In this document: positions 16,617-19,364 of the stretch, in pieces
Layout: each line of letters starts with the position of its first letter
Position numbering within the stretch: the stretch's first letter is position 1
Origin: an uncultured Janthinobacterium sp.
GTDB taxonomy: Bacteria; Vulcanimicrobiota; Vulcanimicrobiia; Vulcanimicrobiales; Vulcanimicrobiaceae
NCBI GenBank assembly: GCA_964658025.1
Contig: CAZZXB010000012.1
Coordinates: 1-19,364, forward strand
Direction of reading: 5' to 3'
Length of the DNA stretch: 19,364 nt
Notes under the pieces: model-generated
Told to the model about the DNA's origin: nothing
The model's input: the letters and a program-made list of their open reading frames with translations, nothing else
Database searches by the model: none
Program-made: the position numbers and the translations under genes

Positions 16617-18668
16617 TCAGCCTTTCACGTATCGGTCGAGCCACTCTTCGATTCGGTGCAGACGCTCGATGCGATGGATCGGTTCGCCCGTGCGGTTGAG
16701 ATCGTGATTCTCGCGCGGAACCTCGAGATATTCCGTCGTCCGCCCGAGCACGCGCAGCGCGGTGAACTCTTGCAACGTCTGATCGATCGGCGTGCGGATG
16801 TCGTTCTCGCTATGGAGGATCAAGAGCGGCGTCGTGACGTTCGCGACGTACTTGAGCGGCGACTGATCCCAATACAATCCTTCGTTCTCCCACGCCTCGC
16901 CCCACTGGTACGGCTTCGGCGTCGACGACGCGAAATCCGAAGCGAGGTTGAGCGAACGCAGATCGCTCACGGCACGCTCGGCGACGGCGCCCTTGAAGCG
17001 CGTCGTGTGGCCGACGATCCAGAGCGTCGCGTAGCCGCCGTAACTGCCGCCGAGGACGCCGAGCTTCGTCGCGTCGACTTCGGGTCGCGCGATCGCGGCG
17101 TCGACGACGGCCATCTCGTCGCGGAACATCGGATCGCCCCAGTTCTTCGAGAGCGCCGATTCGAACGGATAGCCGAAACCGACGCTCCCGCGCGGGTCGG
17201 CGAAGACGACGTTATAGCCGTGCGATGCGAGCACTTGGAACTCGTGAAAGTAACTGTCGCCGAACTCCGTCTGCGGACCGCCGTGGATCTCGAGCAACGT
17301 CGGATACTTGCGACCCGGCGTCGCGTTCGGCGGATGGACGATCCAGGCGTGCACGTCGAATCCGCTCTCGTCTTTCACGGTGAACGGAATCGCGGGCGAG
17401 AGCGGGACGTCGTGCCGGAACGTCGCGTTCGCGTCGGTCAGTTCGGTCGATCGTCCGGTCGCCGCGTCGTAGACGTAGATCTCGTCCGGGTGCGTCGCGT
17501 CGCTGCGATCGTAGGCGATGCGCGCGCCGTCGTGGCTCGTCGAACACGAGCCGATCTCCGCATCGCCGCCGACGAGGCGCGTCTCGGTGCCGCGCGCGAG
17601 ATCGTAACGACCCACGACGGTCGCGCCCGGCACGCTCGCGATCGCGATGAAGCCGTCGCCGCCGGGCGTGACGAGCGGACCGCACCCGGAGCCGCCCTCG
17701 CGCGTATCGGTGAGCACCGCATCGCCCCACGCGATCGTATTCGGCGCGACGACCACGCGCTCGTCGCCGCCGGCCGCCGCCGCGATCGCCACACCCGCAT
17801 AGCCCGCCGGATCCGCGGCGTCCGAGAATTGGTAGACGACGCGCTTGCCGTCGGGCGTGAACGCGGGATTGCCCGCGAACGGATGCGCGATGGCGAGCTT
17901 CGTGAAGGTCCCACCGCCGGAGGGAATCGCGTAGAGATCCTGCGCGAACCCGACCGGATCGTGCACGCGCGTCGATTCGAAGACGATCGTCTTGTCGTCG
18001 GGCGACCACGTCGGATCGCTCTCCGACCACTGCGCGCCCGAGGTCAGCGCGATCGCGTGCGTGCCGTCGGCGTCGACGACCGCGAGATGTCGGTGCGCGT
18101 CGTACGTATAGCCCGCACCGTTGAGCGAGAACCGCAGATCGCGGATCGTCCGCATGTCGGTTTTTTTCTGCTCGGGCGACGGCGTGGCGCCGAGCGCCTG
18201 CCAATCGACGGGCGAGGCCGCGGGTTCGTCCTTCTGCGTCGTGCCGTACGCGATCCGTCGCCCGTCGTGCGACCACACCGCGCCCGAAGCGCCCTTCGCC
18301 TCGTGCGTGAGCGGACGGGCCTCGCCACCGCCGAGCGCGATCGCGTAGATCTGCGATTCGTCCTTCTCGGTCCGATCGAAGGCGATCGTGCGACCGTCGG
18401 GCGAGAAGCGCGGCGACGAATCGCGATCGCCGCGCGTCAGTTGTCGCGCGCCGCGGGGATCGGCGACGTCGACGATCCAGATCGACGAACGGTACGCGTT
18501 CTTCGCGACGTCCATCGCGCGCACGACGTACGCGACCTGCGTGCCGTCGGGCGAGATCTGCGGATCGCCGACGTAGCGGAGGTGCGCGACGTCCTCCGGT
18601 ACCGCCGGTCGCGCCGAGACGGCGCACGGAAGGAGCGAGAGCGCCGCGAAGAATCCGAGAAAACGCAT
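16617..18668 (-). CDS. Secreted S9 (prolyl oligopeptidase/acylaminoacyl peptidase) family serine peptidase
   Basis: Signal peptide MRFLGFFAALSLLPCAVSA, PD40-like SPDG repeats, IHGGP, GGSYGG (Ser), SENDIRT (Asp), ENHDL (His). True start is ATG 18668. Confidence 0.94.
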   Translation of the reverse strand: MRFLGFFAALSLLPCAVSARPAVPEDVAHLRYVGDPQISPDGTQVAYVVRAMDVAKNAYRSSIWIVDVADPRGARQLTRGDRDSSPRFSPDGRTIAFDRTEKDESQIYAIALGGGEARPLTHEAKGASGAVWSHDGRRIAYGTTQKDEPAASPVDWQALGATPSPEQKKTDMRTIRDLRFSLNGAGYTYDAHRHLAVVDADGTHAIALTSGAQWSESDPTWSPDDKTIVFESTRVHDPVGFAQDLYAIPSGGGTFTKLAIAHPFAGNPAFTPDGKRVVYQFSDAADPAGYAGVAIAAAAGGDERVVVAPNTIAWGDAVLTDTREGGSGCGPLVTPGGDGFIAIASVPGATVVGRYDLARGTETRLVGGDAEIGSCSTSHDGARIAYDRSDATHPDEIYVYDAATGRSTELTDANATFRHDVPLSPAIPFTVKDESGFDVHAWIVHPPNATPGRKYPTLLEIHGGPQTEFGDSYFHEFQVLASHGYNVVFADPRGSVGFGYPFESALSKNWGDPMFRDEMAVVDAAIARPEVDATKLGVLGGSYGGYATLWIVGHTTRFKGAVAERAVSDLRSLNLASDFASSTPKPYQWGEAWENEGLYWDQSPLKYVANVTTPLLILHSENDIRTPIDQTLQEFTALRVLGRTTEYLEVPRENHDLNRTGEPIHRIERLHRIEEWLDRYVKG

Positions 18669-18715
18669 GCGCGCGAAGTACCGCGGCGACGGCGGGCGTC
18701 CCTCGCGAGCGTTCG

Positions 18716-19364
18716 TTATTCGATGACGAGTAACGACACGGCGAAGCGATTTCCGTCGTCCGTGAAACGCTCGGCCACGCGGAAGCCGCTCGCGGCGGCG
18801 AGCCGCGCGACGTCGGCCTCGTCGAACTTGTACGACGATTCCGTGTGGATCGCTTCCGCGGCGCGCAGGCGCACGTCGATCCCGAGCGCGTCGATCGCGA
18901 CGGTCATCCCGCGTCGCGCCACGAGAAACGAATCGACGCATCCGCGGATCGCGTCGTAGCGGGCGACGTGTTCGAACGCGTCGAGATCGAAATGCCCGCC
19001 GAGCTCGCGATTGATCCGCGCGAGCAGGTTCTTGTCGAACGCCGCCGTGACGCCCGTGGGATCGTTATAGGCGAGTTCGAGGATCGCCGGATCTTTTTTG
19101 AGATCGGTACCGAGTAAGAGCGCGTCGCCCGGTTTGAACGATGCGGCCATCGCGCGCAGGAGCGTCCGGCCGGCGTCGGGATCGTAGTTGCCGATGTTGG
19201 AGCCGAGGAAGAGCGCGAGCACGCGTTCGTCCGTGCGGAGCGCGCCCGAAGCGAGCGTCGCGACGTAGTCGCTCGCGTGCGCGCGCACGTCGAGGCGATC
19301 GTATTCCGCGACGAGCGCGGTCGCCGAGCCGACGCTCGCCTCCAGATGCCGCGCGCAGACCTCC
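18716..19364 (-). CDS. egtD: L-histidine N-alpha-methyltransferase (EgtD / Methyltransf_33), 5' part outside window
   Basis: LFLGSNIGNY, PGDALLLGTDLKKD..ILELAYND..GVTAAF.KNLL.RINRELG..FD...FEH.A.Y, IHTESSYKF. The frame is open to the window end. Confidence 0.9.
   Translation of the reverse strand, partial: EVCARHLEASVGSATALVAEYDRLDVRAHASDYVATLASGALRTDERVLALFLGSNIGNYDPDAGRTLLRAMAASFKPGDALLLGTDLKKDPAILELAYNDPTGVTAAFDKNLLARINRELGGHFDLDAFEHVARYDAIRGCVDSFLVARRGMTVAIDALGIDVRLRAAEAIHTESSYKFDEADVARLAAASGFRVAERFTDDGNRFAVSLLVIE

Noticed and set aside
16617..18668. SPDG-type repeats as tandem repeats or a TolB gene
   Set aside because: These are ordinary beta-propeller blades of an S9 peptidase with an intact catalytic domain.
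16596..18959. 787-aa plus-strand ORF, and similar long ORFs such as 2678..4198, 7190..8821 and 10933..12108
   Set aside because: Antisense or off-frame shadows of well-supported genes. They are Arg-rich, lack motifs and are expected at this GC content.
1..19364. CRISPR arrays, tRNA/rRNA, integrases or transposases
   Set aside because: None seen: no regularly spaced repeats, no cloverleaf-like segments and no recombinase motifs.

Overview
High-GC (about 70% by eye), strongly CpG-rich bacterial chromosomal segment, densely coded, with no RNA genes, CRISPR array or mobile element that I can recognise. Gene order: RDD-family membrane protein (-, runs off the left edge and is absent from the ORF track), small membrane ORF, bolA, monothiol glutaredoxin, hot-dog thioesterase; OprB carbohydrate porin divergent from a XylFGH-like sugar ABC operon; TM1459/methylsulfurylase-like cupin and COG3910-type ATPase divergent from an EVE protein; ppk1 divergent from an OpuC/YehZ/EgtU-type ABC operon; then a minus-strand run egtD (partial) > secreted S9 peptidase > C26 gamma-glutamyl hydrolase > nitrilase-family amidase. 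A porin together with lipoprotein binding proteins, apparently leaderless starts and this composition tentatively suggest a diderm Terrabacteria lineage such as Ca. Eremiobacterota (inference only). Best leads: (1) egtD plus three amide hydrolases converging on an EgtU-like importer with an atypical binding pocket; (2) a 30-codon ORF overlapping both neighbours inside the ABC operon; (3) a recurrent AGG-N18-20-G(A/T)A-N9-12-start motif; (4) an orphan methylsulfurylase-like cupin; (5) unexpectedly frequent TTA codons and GCGATCGC. All functional links are hypotheses from manual reading.
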